A DNA stretch of 64,000 nt from the NCBI RefSeq assembly GCF_002571385.2, contig NW_019218244.1:1-64000 (forward strand), written 5' to 3'. This stretch comes from Stylophora pistillata. Taxonomy: Eukaryota. Of the stretch, positions 1 to 12,500 are shown in pieces; position 1 is the first letter of the stretch; each line of letters starts with the position of its first letter. A program made the translations under genes and the position numbers. The notes below the pieces were generated by a model, which saw only the letters and a program-made list of their open reading frames with translations, had not been told where the DNA came from and did no database searches.

Positions 1-922
1 TCCTGTTACTACGTACACGTGCATGTGTAACGTAAAAACTGGATCACTTGCACGACAGGAAATAAAAAGATATTGAAAGAAGCACAGTTGCCGCGTTCTT
101 GTGATTTTCCTTGATGTTGATGTTGCTGTTTTTCTTTTATTTTTTTACTTTTTCTTCCTTTGTTCTATCAAAATGGTTCGTTATACACTTAACTGTGATG
201 TTAAGAATGTATAAAAGTCAATGCGCAAACAGAATTAACAAGTTAAATTAAAGTGAATTCAGTTAAAAATAGAGTACCTATTGTTATCATAATGAGTCAT
301 CGCGTTCAGTTTATTGTGAAAATCTTGATCGAATCCCTTCCGAGCTGTTTTAGTAGCAGTTCCCGACTACATTTCAATTGTGGATGATGACGACCGGAAA
401 TTCTTCAAAGTCAGGTTGCTGTCATCGTCTGTACTGCGCGACTTTTGTCGTCGATTCGATCAGGAAGATTTGATTATTTGGAGACATTAATAAGACCGCA
501 GGCGGACCTCTCTGTTAATTTGTTAATGCGGTTATAAATAAGACATACGAAGGAAACATAAAAACATGGCTAGTGATCCTGAATAAAGCATTGGATATAA
601 TATAACTTTTTGAACGCATCGTGATCAGAAATCTCTATTAGCCCTTTAACTCCCAAAGGTAAATGTAACTTCTCCCTACAATACTCATACATTGCCCGGG
701 AAACAGGTAATGAGAAAACTCAAACTTATCAGTTAGTTTGGCTAATAGCCGCAACTTGGTCTGCTTAGGGAATAGTGGAACATTTTTCACTCCCTACTAG
801 CTCCAGTTTCGTAATGAGGCAAGAATATAGAGAGGGCTAAAAGTTAGTATACCTGCCCTCCCCTAGACGATAATGCACGATTTACTTGAAAGTTGGAGTG
901 GAGGAGAAAATTGTGCGAGAAG

Positions 923-2349
923 ACAGTGTGAGACGATAACTGCGTTTGTAGAAATGTAACAAAACGCAACATGCAACAGAATGAAAGAGAAAAAAGCGTC
1001 CTTTGATAATATAGATGTATTTAACGGCCTTAAGCAAGGGACTCGCCCCCTTAGCAGCATCTAAATGACACCTCTACATTCAATCATAAAAACCCCTTTA
1101 ACAAATTTACTTTATGATACAGTAAAGTTGAGTAAGTTAGGTTATTAATAACATGGAGTATATCAAGCCAGTATCTAAAGCCTCAATTAGACCTTAGAAC
1201 CATAGTAACAACCAAATTAGTTCTAATACTTACATATACTCGAGGGGGGAGGGGTAGCTATCGCCTATTTAGTATTGGGCTTTAGTGAGACCATTCGCCG
1301 GTGGCCATGCTATGCTCAGTGTCAACTGATCACAAAGATGACGAAATTGTCAGTGGCTGGAGTCACGTTGGAGCCCGAGTCTAGTTCGAGTCGCGACTCA
1401 AGTCCTTGTCGACCAAATTTTTCCGATTTTTGCTTTTGGCCTGTTTTGTGTCGAAATGATGCACCATGGATTCAAGAGCATCAAGTTTTAAGGTGTTAGT
1501 TTTTTTGTTGTCATTATTGACAGCTATAGTGATAATGAAATAATTTGGATATGTCAACAAAGTTGAAATGGTAAATTGGCCACCGTAACGATTACAAAAG
1601 CTGACGTTTCGAGCGTTAGCCCTTCGTCGGAGCGAATCGTTCCGACGAAGGGCTAACGCTCGAAACGTCAGCTTTGGTAATCGTTACGGTGGCCAATTTA
1701 CCATTTCAACTTTGTTGACATATCCAAATTATTTCATTATCACTATAGCTGTCAATAATGACAACAAAAAAACTAACACCTTAAAACTTGATGCTCTTGA
1801 ATCCATGGTGCATCATTTCGACACAAAACAGGCCAAAAGCAAAAATCGGAAAAATTTGGTCGACAAGGACTTGAGTCGCGACTCGAACTAGACTCGGGCT
1901 CCAACGTGACTCCAGCCACTGACAATTTCGTCATCTTTGTGATCAGTTGACACTGAGCATAGCATGGCCACCGGCGAATGGTCTCACTAAAGCCCAATAC
2001 TAAATAGGCGATAGCTACCCCTCCCCCCTCGAGTATATGTAAGTATTAGAACTAATGTGGTTGTTACTATGGTTCTAAGGTCTAATTGAGGCTTTAGATA
2101 CTGGCTTGATATACTCCATGTTATTAATAACCTAACTTACTCAACTTTACTGTATCATAAAGTAAATTTGTTAAAGGGGTTTTTATGATTGAATGTAGAG
2201 GTGTCATTTAGATGCTGCTAAGGGGGCGAGTCCCTTGCTTAAGGCCGTTAAATACATCTATATTATCAAAGGACGCTTTTTTCTCTTTCATTCTGTTGCA
2301 TGTTGCGTTTTGTTACATTTCTACAAACGCAGTTATCGTCTCACACTGT
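923..2349. repeat. Near-perfect 1.4-kb inverted repeat centred at 1636; the outer right arm is probably an assembly artefact
   Basis: 923-1635 is the reverse complement of 1637-2349 with only isolated mismatches. ORFs 1275..1499(+) and 1773..1997(-) are identical mirrors. The right arm ends exactly at the single N at 2350. Confidence 0.95.
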
Positions 2350-2377
2350 NACAGTTTCTTTCGAAACTATCAGCCTT
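1535..2377 (+). mobile_element. Short non-autonomous fold-back element with hammerhead-like motif (copy A)
   Basis: The core 1540-1735 and the tail 2351-2377 (acagtttctttcgaaactatcagcctt) match copy B at 13689-14020. A 10-bp direct repeat TATAGTGATA flanks it at 1525-1534 and 2378-2387. Confidence 0.75.
1639..1672 (+). ncRNA. Minimal type I hammerhead-ribozyme-like motif (variant core CCGACGA); mirror copy at 1600-1633 (-)
   Basis: Reads GTT CCGACGA A GGGC TAAC GCTC GAAAC GTC AGC: 3-bp stem I, 4-bp stem II, GAAA, palindromic ACGT in place of helix III, and a GUC triplet. The minus copy has stem I GCT/AGC. Confidence 0.6.
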
Positions 2378-2912
2378 TATAGTGATAGTGTATCGTCAAT
2401 CGATATAATATTTTATAGAAAAGGGAAAAAATTAATTTGACTCGAACTTGACTTGTGACTCGAACTTGACTCGGGCTCGACTTTGACTTCGGTACTGAGC
2501 TGCCATGGCTGCCGCCAGCGGCGACTAAATTCAGTTATGCTGCGAATGAATAAGATTTTTGCGGTGTGACCTGTGTTTTCTAACGTACTCTTTAAAAGTT
2601 TTCTAAGCTAGTTACTGTTTATTCACAGAACTGATTCAGTAATCAAACCTCCATTTCTTTTCTTCCAATAGTTAAAGTTATGTGAAAGTATCAGTTATGC
2701 ATTAGGAGTAAAGTCACTAATAGGAGTAAACATACCACAAACAATGCAACATTTAACAACTATAAAGTTTCAGAAAAAAACAAGCTTTAGATTTGTGTTC
2801 TTCAATCAGTAGAATTACTCCAATTTAAGTTTTTGTTAACAGGAGTGAACGAGTGAGTGATATTGATTCTACGATGCAGGCAGGTGGTTTAAACCTATTT
2901 ATGTTATTGTTT

Positions 2913-5900
2913 CTATGGTGACGGCCTCAGTTTCATTTCTGCGAATTTAAAGGAAAGAGAACCTCTGAAGCCAGCCCAACTGGCTCCTCGGTAATCTTTT
3001 TCATTTCCTAGATATCTTCCTTTTAGATTGGACGCATGGCAGTATTTGTACCACCAAGCGCCAGTATATCTTACAGCACAGTGTACACGGGTTCTGTCAT
3101 TATCTCTGTCTTTTGTACTAAACGCCATATTATTATGAGATCCTAAAGAATCTCCCACTGTCCCTGAATATGAACCCACTTCAAGTCGGTACTTCGCCTG
3201 CTCATCACCAACGTTAAACTTCCCATATTTGGCGTAGTCTCTGACTCCGTTCCAGTCTTCCAGTTCTACTCGTAGAGAGCTCGATCTGGCAACCATTAAC
3301 CTGTGGATCTTGTCATTTCCCAACCAGAACTCACCAGTCAGCTGACCAAAGCCTGCTTTGTAGTCACTCCATCCCCGATAGAAGTCTACCGGGCCATCCT
3401 GTCTTCTCTGGAACACTGTCCAGCCTCCACCGTCAGTGGTCATGTCGCAGAAGACATCGAAGTGTTCTTTACCATCTGGGTTGATAGAGTATACTCCACA
3501 CCGAGTGAGGCCTATTTTCAACAAATCTGAAAAATCTGAGGGAGAATTGGAATGCTATCACAGTATGTAATCATATAATGATTCAATTACTACTACTGCT
3601 ACTTCTTCTGATAATATCCCTAATGAAATATACTTTACAACAACGATAACAATAACAAGAAGATGATGATGCTGGTGATTATGTGTATGATGCCTATAGT
3701 GATATTAACAATCACTGCATTTGACGAAGGAAGACGCAATGTTAATATAGACTGAAGTGAGATTTTCTCAATGGAACGGCGGTTTGCGCATGGAAGGGTC
3801 TTGGAACACAAACACATTTTATTGTTAGGCCATATGCGTTTTGATAAAGACAGGAAACTAGCTCAGTTTTGTTTCTCGATCGCGCGAACAAGCGTCTTTT
3901 AAAAATTTTCTCGGAAAGATCTCATAACAAACCATTGCTAAGTGAGAAGGTTTTCTACTTATCTGACCAAGACAGATTCACATCTATGCCTAGGATCACG
4001 CCAAGATACTTATATAGAACTACTCTATCCAAATGGCTATCCTTGATTGTTAAGGTGACATCATTAAAAGCAGTAAGTTTCCTCGCACCACCAATGGACG
4101 TAAATTTAGATATCGAAACATTGATACAAGTGGTTAGTTTATATTCATTCAGCCATTGTGCTAAGATGTCTAATTCAAGTCTACGAGCTAATTCAGAAGA
4201 ATAATATATGGCAGTATCATCAGTTTGCTTTTGTTTGCTTGTTTATTGTTTTAGACCACAGTTTTTGGCACTTTAGCACCCGGATAATGTATAATTTTTT
4301 TTTGTCTGAAGACAATTTTTCCGTGGCATTCGAGTTTGTTTTGCTATTGCCGTGGATAGTGTATGCCCTTAGATTTCTGACGCAATCTCCTGAGCTCTAG
4401 CAAAATAATTTGTTTGTGTTTGATTCCACAACCTGTCACACCACCGGTGCTTTTCATCTCTCTAAATCTTTGTGAAATTAAAAACTGTTTCGATCTAGTC
4501 TGTGACGCACGCACAGCCTACCTTTATGTGGTTTAGCTTCTACAACGCTTATTGTCTCGATATGAGATACCCCTGCACTTGTAGCCACGCAAATATAGTT
4601 ACCAGCATCTTCTTCAATCACAGATCTCACGATAAGCCCCTGTTATGTAATTTGACTCCTTCCCACCGGTAGTTGTGCTCCTTGTTTATTCCAGCTAATG
4701 AAAGGTTGTGGATCACCAGTAGCGCTGCAGTTTAACGTCAAAGTGTCGCCTGGGAGTGCAAAAACCTTTGCAGGGGGCCTAATAGCAAACTGGGGCTGGG
4801 AAACAACCACCAAGTGAGTTCTTTTTACAACACTTCCCAGAAGATTTCTGGCCGTACAGAGGTAGTTGTCAGAATCACTCTTATGAACATCAAGGAGTTT
4901 GAAAACGTTGCTGTTGAACTGAAATCTCCCATGAGGTAATTGACCAAATGACTTGCTCCATGTGACTACCGGATAGGGATACCCAGTTACGTGACAGGTC
5001 GGTAGAGTGACTTTACTTCCTTCACCAGTGTAGAGGGGTCCAGGATGGAGAGTAACACGTGGACGAACTGTGAGAAGGTATAGTTTGTCAGTGTTATGGC
5101 TGTTTTGCTCATAAAACTATCCAATTACAAGTCTTGCGGTAGGAGACACTTCCCTTAGACACCCACCTATACACCTCTCAACAGGATATGAAGATTGAGA
5201 TATTGATTATTTAACATTGTGGCTTGAACAGAATATCTAACCGGACTGATTCACTTCAATGTGAAAATTTCCTTAAAGCTGAACATGCTGGATGTGGCTT
5301 CGCGCTCTCATAGTTTAATATTCTTTTTTTTTTTTCATCGATGTTTGAAATGTTTTTAAACTGTTAGCGGAGAAAAGAAGGCCTGGTTCGATACGTAATC
5401 TTCGCTACTGAAAAACAGAAAGATTTATGAAACAAGGCCACAAATACTGAAGCAACAAGAAGGTTGATAATCTAGTAACCAAAGACTTTTTCATTCAAGC
5501 CGTTATTGGATTTGATATTCCTGACTGTGACTTACCGTTGACTTGTAACTGTACTGTTGCCTGATACTTTCCTAAGATGTTTGATGCTACACATTGATAC
5601 AAGCCTGCGTCATTTCCTGCCACGTTTCTTAATTGCAACTTTTCCTCTGAAACCGCTGACTGACTGATTTCCGACTGAGTGACCACTTTGGTCCATACTA
5701 TTGCAGGCTCAGGGTTGCCGCTAGCTGAGCAATGAAACGAGGCTGATCCACCTTCGTTAACTGTCAAAGTCGCTGGAGAAACAGCAACAATAGGGGATGA
5801 AATTGATTGACCAGGCTCTCCTTTACTCCCCGGCATGCCTGTGTCTCCTCTATCTCCTTTCTGTCCTTTGTTTCCAATGTCTCCATTTAGGCCTGCAGGT

Positions 5901-6930
5901 CCTATGACGCCTTGCTTGCCGTTCTTTCCTGGTGACCCCATCATACCCTTGTCTCCCTTATTTCCAGTCTTCCCCTTATGTCCTCGTCGCCCTCGGGCTC
6001 CTTTAGGTCCAGGTGGACCGGGAGGGCCCTGTGGACCTGACGTGCACGTTGCAATCTTTGAGTGACAGAGTTGAAGTAGAAGTTTGCTGATACTGGATTC
6101 ATGGTCGATTTCCGTTGAGTTCTCGACATGACGCTTATTTCTTCGGAAGTTAGAGGATCGACTTTCTACATATAAAGAAATACTGGTCAATGTTATCAAT
6201 TCAAAATGGATTTTAGGAGACTTGGACAACAAACACAATGTATTTGTTACATTATCAGACGACATGTATCCGTTCCATAATTGCATGGGTATTGAAATCC
6301 ACGTTGAGAATATGTTACGAATTTAATGTAAAAGAACCTTATAATTGCGGAAATTAGTCAGCCTTTGTCTCGAAACGGACTCTTCTGATTACGGTCAAAC
6401 AGGTAGTAATCGCTTTCCAAATGCACAATTCTTCTGCACAATATCAAGAACTTAACCTGCTAACCCTCGCATTTGTTTGTTTCAGCGCATAGGAAGTATT
6501 GTAGTACATGCTTTTTTAATTCAAGTTTGTATTTACCTCAGTGACTGTTTATCTAAAAATGAAAAGCTCTAAAAAACCAGCCAATACATCGCATTTTTTG
6601 AAACAGAAACTCACCTGAGGAAATTTTGATACTCTTTGCGTCTGCCAGTTGATTTGACACAGGCTTTTTATCAGGAAAGCTTTCAAGATCGTTTAACCTC
6701 TTCTTGTGCCGGTTCAACTCCAATTCAATTCTAATAAATCCGACACAGTAAAACACAACCGACAACACAGAAATGATGGAAGCAAATGAAGTAAAACTTT
6801 GCTTTTGAACGGTTATTCTGATGACTAATTTTAGCTCCGGTTTGTTTTGAATGAATGTGATTTGATCAGGTGATATCGACTGAATCACGGGCCCGGGCTC
6901 CGCGCCAGCTCCTCTCAAATATCGTGTCAT
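2913..6930 (-). pseudogene. Cnidarian ficolin-like gene (TM, furin site, collagen, 3 Ig, fibrinogen C-terminal domain) with an in-frame stop; probable pseudogene or truncated allele
   Basis: Four exons joined by phase-1 GT-AG introns. 6615-6930 carries the TM segment ASIISVLSVVFYCVGFI. 5536-6165 carries RNKR, a Gly-X-Y tract and Ig1. 4522-5067 carries Ig2 and Ig3, with TAA at 4643-4645. 2913-3535 is the FReD (FDVFCDMTTDGGGWTVFQRR, GEFWLG, FSTKDRDND, GAWWY). Confidence 0.85.
3850..4200 (-). mobile_element. Decayed LINE reverse-transcriptase fragment in an intron
   Basis: The minus strand reads LAQWLNEYKL...LTIKDSHLDRVVLYKYLGVILGIDVNLSWSD, typical of the thumb region of CR1/L2-group RTs; it is frameshifted. 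Confidence 0.65.
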
Positions 6931-7553
6931 TCCGTAAACGTATGTCAAATTAAACCGGCCCTACTATCATTTTAGGTGTTGTAACGTAACTATACTTAAC
7001 AACTCGGGTTAATTTAAATTTGTATAGGAACAGACATCTGATGAAGGGGTTGTTGGAGTTTGGCCAACTTAAAGAGTCTTCATCACAGGGGGCCCACAAA
7101 AGCGGCCATGTCTGGTCTTTTGTTGGAAATGTAAAGAAATGTATGGGAGAATATTGAAGAATCGTAATATCGTAAACTTATATCAAGGAATGTCTATGTT
7201 AAGGCTCAAAATAAATGTAAACCTACCTCACTTGCTGTGTATTGTCGTTTCTGTGGTTCTAAATGGCGAATTTGAGCGATTTAGTAGATTTTGCGTTGAC
7301 TGTTACTTTACTGTATAAGGAGACAAGGGTGGAAAGCTCATTTTCGACCGCTCCAGCGCGAAGCTGATTTTCACCCAGAAATTAGAATCGCCCGGCTTCC
7401 AAATCAAACACCAGATAAACCAAAAGCTTGACGCTTCTTCTCGTGTCATTCAATCAAAGATCCATTCAAAATCCAAGCGCTAACCACCAGAAAACGTTTG
7501 AGAAATGCAGCTTTCCAAGCGATCGGCATCCGCGGCACAGATTTGGGGTATAC

Positions 7554-7833
7554 TGAGCTTCATATATTTCATTGTATCTGATTTATCACTTTCACGGGTT
7601 TATTACGAATCAACTTAAAGGCCTGCTCCCAGTTGGCTTGTTAGCTCAATTGGTAAGAGCGCTGCACTAGTATCGCAGAGGTCAGTGGTTCGAATCCCGT
7701 ACAGGCCTGATTTTTTTCAGGTCTGATTTTCGCTATTGCTTAAATAGCGCTATCTACTGCGAGGATCGTGCATCATACGTATCTAATACCGCAGTTCAAA
7801 ATATATGAGCTTCATATATTTCATTGTATCTGA
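7554..7833 (+). mobile_element. tRNA-derived repeat unit (252-bp period) bounded by 28-bp direct repeats
   Basis: TGAGCTTCATATATTTCATTGTATCTGA occurs at 7554-7581 and 7806-7833 around a tRNA-like core. The 3' part recurs at 25898-26026 and 26420-26528. Confidence 0.8.
7635..7708 (+). pseudogene. tRNA-Thr(AGT)-like core of a repeat; probably not a functional tRNA
   Basis: Acceptor stem GGCTTGT/ACAGGCC, D-arm GCTC/GAGC, anticodon loop CTAGTAT, A box TAGCTCAATTGG, B box GGTTCGAATCC and a T run just downstream. The anticodon and T stems have mismatches. Confidence 0.65.
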
Positions 7834-8304
7834 GTCTAAAATCTATTGTATATTGCCTGTGTGCCCGTAGAAACATCTTCCCTTTATGTAAAATGGCGCC
7901 ATACGGGGCGATTTCCCAGATTTGAATTTGGTAAAGAACTTTGGTTTAGAGGGACGAATAGGACACTTTGAAAGCCAAAAACAATTACAAACATTTAATT
8001 TTTCTAACATTATCAAATTTTTATTTAAAATTCAGTTTAAGTAACTGTTTGTTCCGTTTTAAGCCTTAGTTTTTCGCTGCTGCGCAGCTAAAGTAAAAAC
8101 TTCAAGAAGGAAAAGTTCCCGCCATGTTTTCTCTTCGAGAAAACTGTAGCGTCACTGAATGACTGAATTTTATTTAGATATCTACTGAGACTCTTATTTA
8201 CTGATGAGAACAAAAGTAACTTGAGCTCGATTTTTGGCAAATTCGGTTGTTGTCCGCGATTTCAGCTTTCATTTGATAGTTTTTGCCAAGTTCAAGCCCT
8301 TTAA

Positions 8305-8615
8305 AAGCGTATTTCTAATATCGAGAATCGATGCACACTCGAAAAATCCATTTTTTATTTTATATTTCCATAAAATTCCCCTGGATGAATGTATTTAGGG
8401 AAAACTAATGAAAGGTTCCATTGAAGTTAAAGCTTTTATCTGGTAAAATATAAATGTCCAAATGTTTTTTTTTTTTGTTTATTTTGGCAGTCACTGGAAA
8501 CGTAAAAACTATCCACCTTTAATACATTCATCCGAGGGAGTGTTATGGCAAAATAAAAAAAATCGTTTTTTTTTCGCGGGTTTATATCGATTCTAGATAT
8601 TCTCAGAAATACGCT
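8305..8615. repeat. Imperfect inverted repeat (old MITE-like)
   Basis: gcgtatttct..aatcgat..ggatgaatgtattta (8308-8398) mirrors taatacattcatcc..atcgattct..agaaatacgc (8520-8614). Confidence 0.55.
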
Positions 8616-9576
8616 CCTATGAAAGCTTCAATTCAAGCTGAAGCAATAGAAACAAAACTCGGTTGAAGGAAAAGATAGCTGGACGGTGTTTGATTATATT
8701 CAGTGCACACGGCTCAATGTTTTGATCATTTGATTTTGCCGCCTCTGTCGTTTCTTAAAATTGAAATAGATCGTAAACACCATTGCACTTCTCGAAAAGT
8801 CGGCAAACCACAAGGCTGCACCTCACGGTTTACAAACTTTTCTCATGTTCTCCCAACATCCCGCGTGCTTTATTAGCCGATAAAACAATTGAAAGTGTGG
8901 TTCATTGATTAAATTACAGGTCTCTTCCTCTTCCCGACTTTCTGGGAAGATCGAAGGGACCACTGCTCATAAGGTATGCTCAGTTAATTATGGTTTCACT
9001 AAAAAGTTTCTTTTCTTGTTTTGTTTCTTTTTTTTTTTTTTTGTTTCGTTTTTTTGGTTGTTGTTTATTTGTTCCGTTTAAAAATATGGTGCATTTTAGT
9101 GAAGGCTTGAACACTCGTATCTGGGCAACGTTTTGACGCACGTATTAAACAGTACTTGAGAACCGTAGGAACCGACACATGAAAATGAAATCAGTAATTA
9201 ACAAATGGTGGCGTTTTCGGTATTGTGCCATGATTTGATTTTAAAGAGGTCATAAACTCGTGATCTGTCACTTAAATGCAGTCTCTCCTATCAGAACGAA
9301 AAACGTTTTGTATTATTTTCCTCAAAGGGGCTTTTTATGAGAAAAATAAATAAATAAAATAAAGAAACTGACTTAAGCCTTGCAAACATTATCTTTAATA
9401 TTCTAATCAAATACATTGGGGAAGTAACAATCATTTTCTGCTAGAACGTATCTAGGTGATTTACTCAGTGTTGTAAAAATCTGTCTGAAAGATGTCAGTC
9501 AACGTACACACAATCAGAGCGGGATTTATTAACATATGAAGCTAAATAAAGGCCGTTCATTTCAAGAACACAAGCC

Positions 9577-12500
9577 ATGAAGCTACTGGGTACACCTTTT
9601 GTGTTTCTCTTTCGCAGAAAGCGACTCACGAGAAGCTTTATTCTTCTAGTCATATGTGGAGCGTTTGTGGTAGCTGTCAGGCATGGGATGTGGCTTGAAT
9701 TAAAGCTTTCTATTGATGGTGAAAGTTATACTTTGAGTACAGATTACTGGAAAAAGTTCGCAGTCGCCAGTCCAGCAGTTCAAAAGAAGAGTTTGGAATT
9801 ATCGGGGGCGAATGCCCTTATATGGAACAACTTCTGCCAAACTTCAGTTCAAGTTCTATGTTATCACCCTCTGTTTCCAAAGGCACCAGACGTGAAAACT
9901 GTTGTAAATTCATTGGAAGTTTCAAGAAATGAAGGTCATTATGCTCAGAGAATATTCGGGTTTCTACATCCACCGGAAACAGGATATTATAAATTTGCTT
10001 TAGCTTCTGATGACGTCTCTGAACTGTGGCTCAGTCCAAGCGAATGCCCAGAAAATGCTGTTTTGATTTGTAGCCTGAGCAAACGGACCACCAGAAATAA
10101 TTTTCAACATTTGCCTTCACAGGTTTCCAACGAAATACAACTGTTAAAAGGTCATAAATATTTCATAGAAACTGTTCATCTTCAATTAGGGGGAAATGAT
10201 TTTGTTCGAGTCGCTTGGAGCCTGCCTGGAATGAAAAGAAATAAGTTTGAGACGATTCCCGCCAATAGCCTTTCTCTCTTCATTAATAATAGTGCAACGG
10301 ATAATAATTACAACTCTGTTCCCGACAGTCCCGCCTGTAAATCAAGACCCAGCCACGTTCACAGCCTAGAAACGAACACCAAATCCAGACCTACGTACCT
10401 TTTTCACGACGCAGTTGCCAACGTATTACCTTATTGTGCTTATGAGCCAAGTTATCTCACTATAAAAGAAGCACCTGTTGGCCCGAAACGGAATTACTAC
10501 TTCCTACACGGTCGCGGCTTTATTCCCATAAAGAGTTACCCAGCTGTTGAGTACAAAACTGTTGTAGATGATTATCCAAGATTAGCGAATCACAGTCTGG
10601 ATATGAAAATCGCAAAAGAAGCTGCAAAGAAGTATGTGGATGCATTATATCAACACCACGCAGGGTGAGTACATTCACGAATGGCATAGTTTTATAAAAC
10701 AATGGACTTTACGTTTTTGGAGCATGAATATGTTTTAGGCCCGATTCAGAGTCATTTCAAGCCGAGGATTAAAATAAGCTCTTGGAGGAGCCAAAACATA
10801 TTTATGCTCAATAAAATAAATTGCATTACTATTATTGTCACTGTGGAGGGCTTTGAGAAAATAATTAATGAGAAAATTGCGAAAAAATATTGACAACAAA
10901 TAAGACTGAATAATCACGCGAGCGTGCAAATGCGCTAATATCTAGTCTAGCCAAAATCTTTATTTTGTCCAAAAAATGCGGCACAAGTCCAAATGAAGTA
11001 ATTCTATATATTGTTGTTTTTCTTGTTTTTACTGTTTCGTTTTCGCAAAAGTAATGCTATTAGCAGTGCTGAAATGTAATTCATCAGGTACTTTTAAAAT
11101 TGATACGGTAGCCCGATTAACACCTACATCATACGTTGACACCTTTCGAAATAATTGAACGTGCCCAATTGAGCACTCATAAGACAGTGAACTTGTTATG
11201 TATGTCATTCAAATAAATTACTTATCTCTCGTTTATTTTGATGTCGGTGATTAAGGAAAAGGTACAATTCCTGTCGAGGTTATAGCACTCAGTAAAATGT
11301 ATAGTAAAAGAATATGTTGATTATCTCCTACTATTTAATATTTTTGTTTCTTTCTTTGTTGTTATTTTTTTTTTTTTTTGTTGCCATTTTTTATCTTTAA
11401 ATATACACTACGAACTTTATAAAGTCATGATAAGCAGTTCACATTACATGGCAAGTGTAGATATTGGGTTATAATATCAACTTCACACGCTGTTGTATAT
11501 TGGTTGTATGCTCTCGAATTATCAGAGCTTTCATATTAACTTTAATGTAAAATATTTCGCGATATCATGCTCAAACTCATATAATAATTGCTTATTATCA
11601 TTATTATTATAACCATCACCATCATCATTTTCATCGTCGTCATCATTATCACCCTATTGTCAGCAGCTTTATTACCTCAAAAACTATTATTAATATCGTT
11701 ATTAATGTTGTTGTCGTTGTTGTTGTTGTTTTTGTTGTTATTGTTATCATTTAGCGACAATTTTACTTTTAATTATCAAACAGAAAGTTCAAGGTTGTGG
11801 AACTCGTCAACGTGGAAAGAAAAGTCGATCGCCAGTTGGGAAGTCGATTCTTACTTGAGTTCCTAATAAATGTCACTGAAAAAAACCAACTGGCCATGCT
11901 TTCAGAATCTGTCTTTTTGCCCAAGGGCTCTAAAGACTTGTGTTATCCCAAGGGATTTCAGTGGAATAGAAATGCAAAAGTTGTCTTAATTATCACGCTC
12001 AAAAACCAGGGACGGTGGATGGTGCACTTCCTAAACAACTTAGAAGAAATATACAGTGCTACAAAGGACGACAAAGTGAGTCTAGTGATATTCAATTTTA
12101 ACAGTTCTGACATAAATCTGGAACAAGAGTTGGCAATAAGGAAACTTCCTCCCACTAAAGTCGTCAGTCACGAAGCAGAGTACTATTCCCGTACTAAATC
12201 CTTCAACAGGGCTGTGGAACAAGTTCAGGATCCGAAAACCATCGTGTTCACTCTTGATCTTCACTTGGACTTACCTTCCACAATCTTTGACGACATTCGT
12301 AAAGTGAGCATAAATAATATTTACATAAGATTTCCTTCAAAGTATGGAAACATGAATAGTAAAGGGAATATTGTTGTGAAATTCTACTTATCGAAGCCAA
12401 GAAAGTATTACTTAACGCCATAATAACCATGTAAGTGAAAAACTCCAACTAACTTCTACTTTCAATACACTACTGCAAAAAATTCAAAACTAGTTTCGTC

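Larger units (their letters stand above)
1275..2535. mobile_element. Degenerate MITE-like host into which copy A inserted
   Basis: The left end 1280-1405 (tttagt..ggccatg..gctcagt..gagcccgagtctagttcgagtc) resembles the reverse complement of 2440-2535 (tttagt..gccatg..gctcagt..gagcccgagtcaagttcgagtc). Confidence 0.45.

Noticed and set aside
1275-1997. Identical 74-aa ORFs on opposite strands
   Set aside because: They are mirror products of the palindrome within repeat DNA, with a non-ATG start and no protein motifs.
4643-4645. Recoded stop (selenocysteine or readthrough)
   Set aside because: The codon is TAA, not TGA, and other lesions in the gene favour decay.
7635-7708. Functional tRNA-Thr gene
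   Set aside because: The anticodon and T stems are mismatched, and the sequence is embedded in a dispersed repeat family.
11588-11866. Hydrophobic membrane-protein ORF
   Set aside because: It is the translation of an intronic trinucleotide tract.
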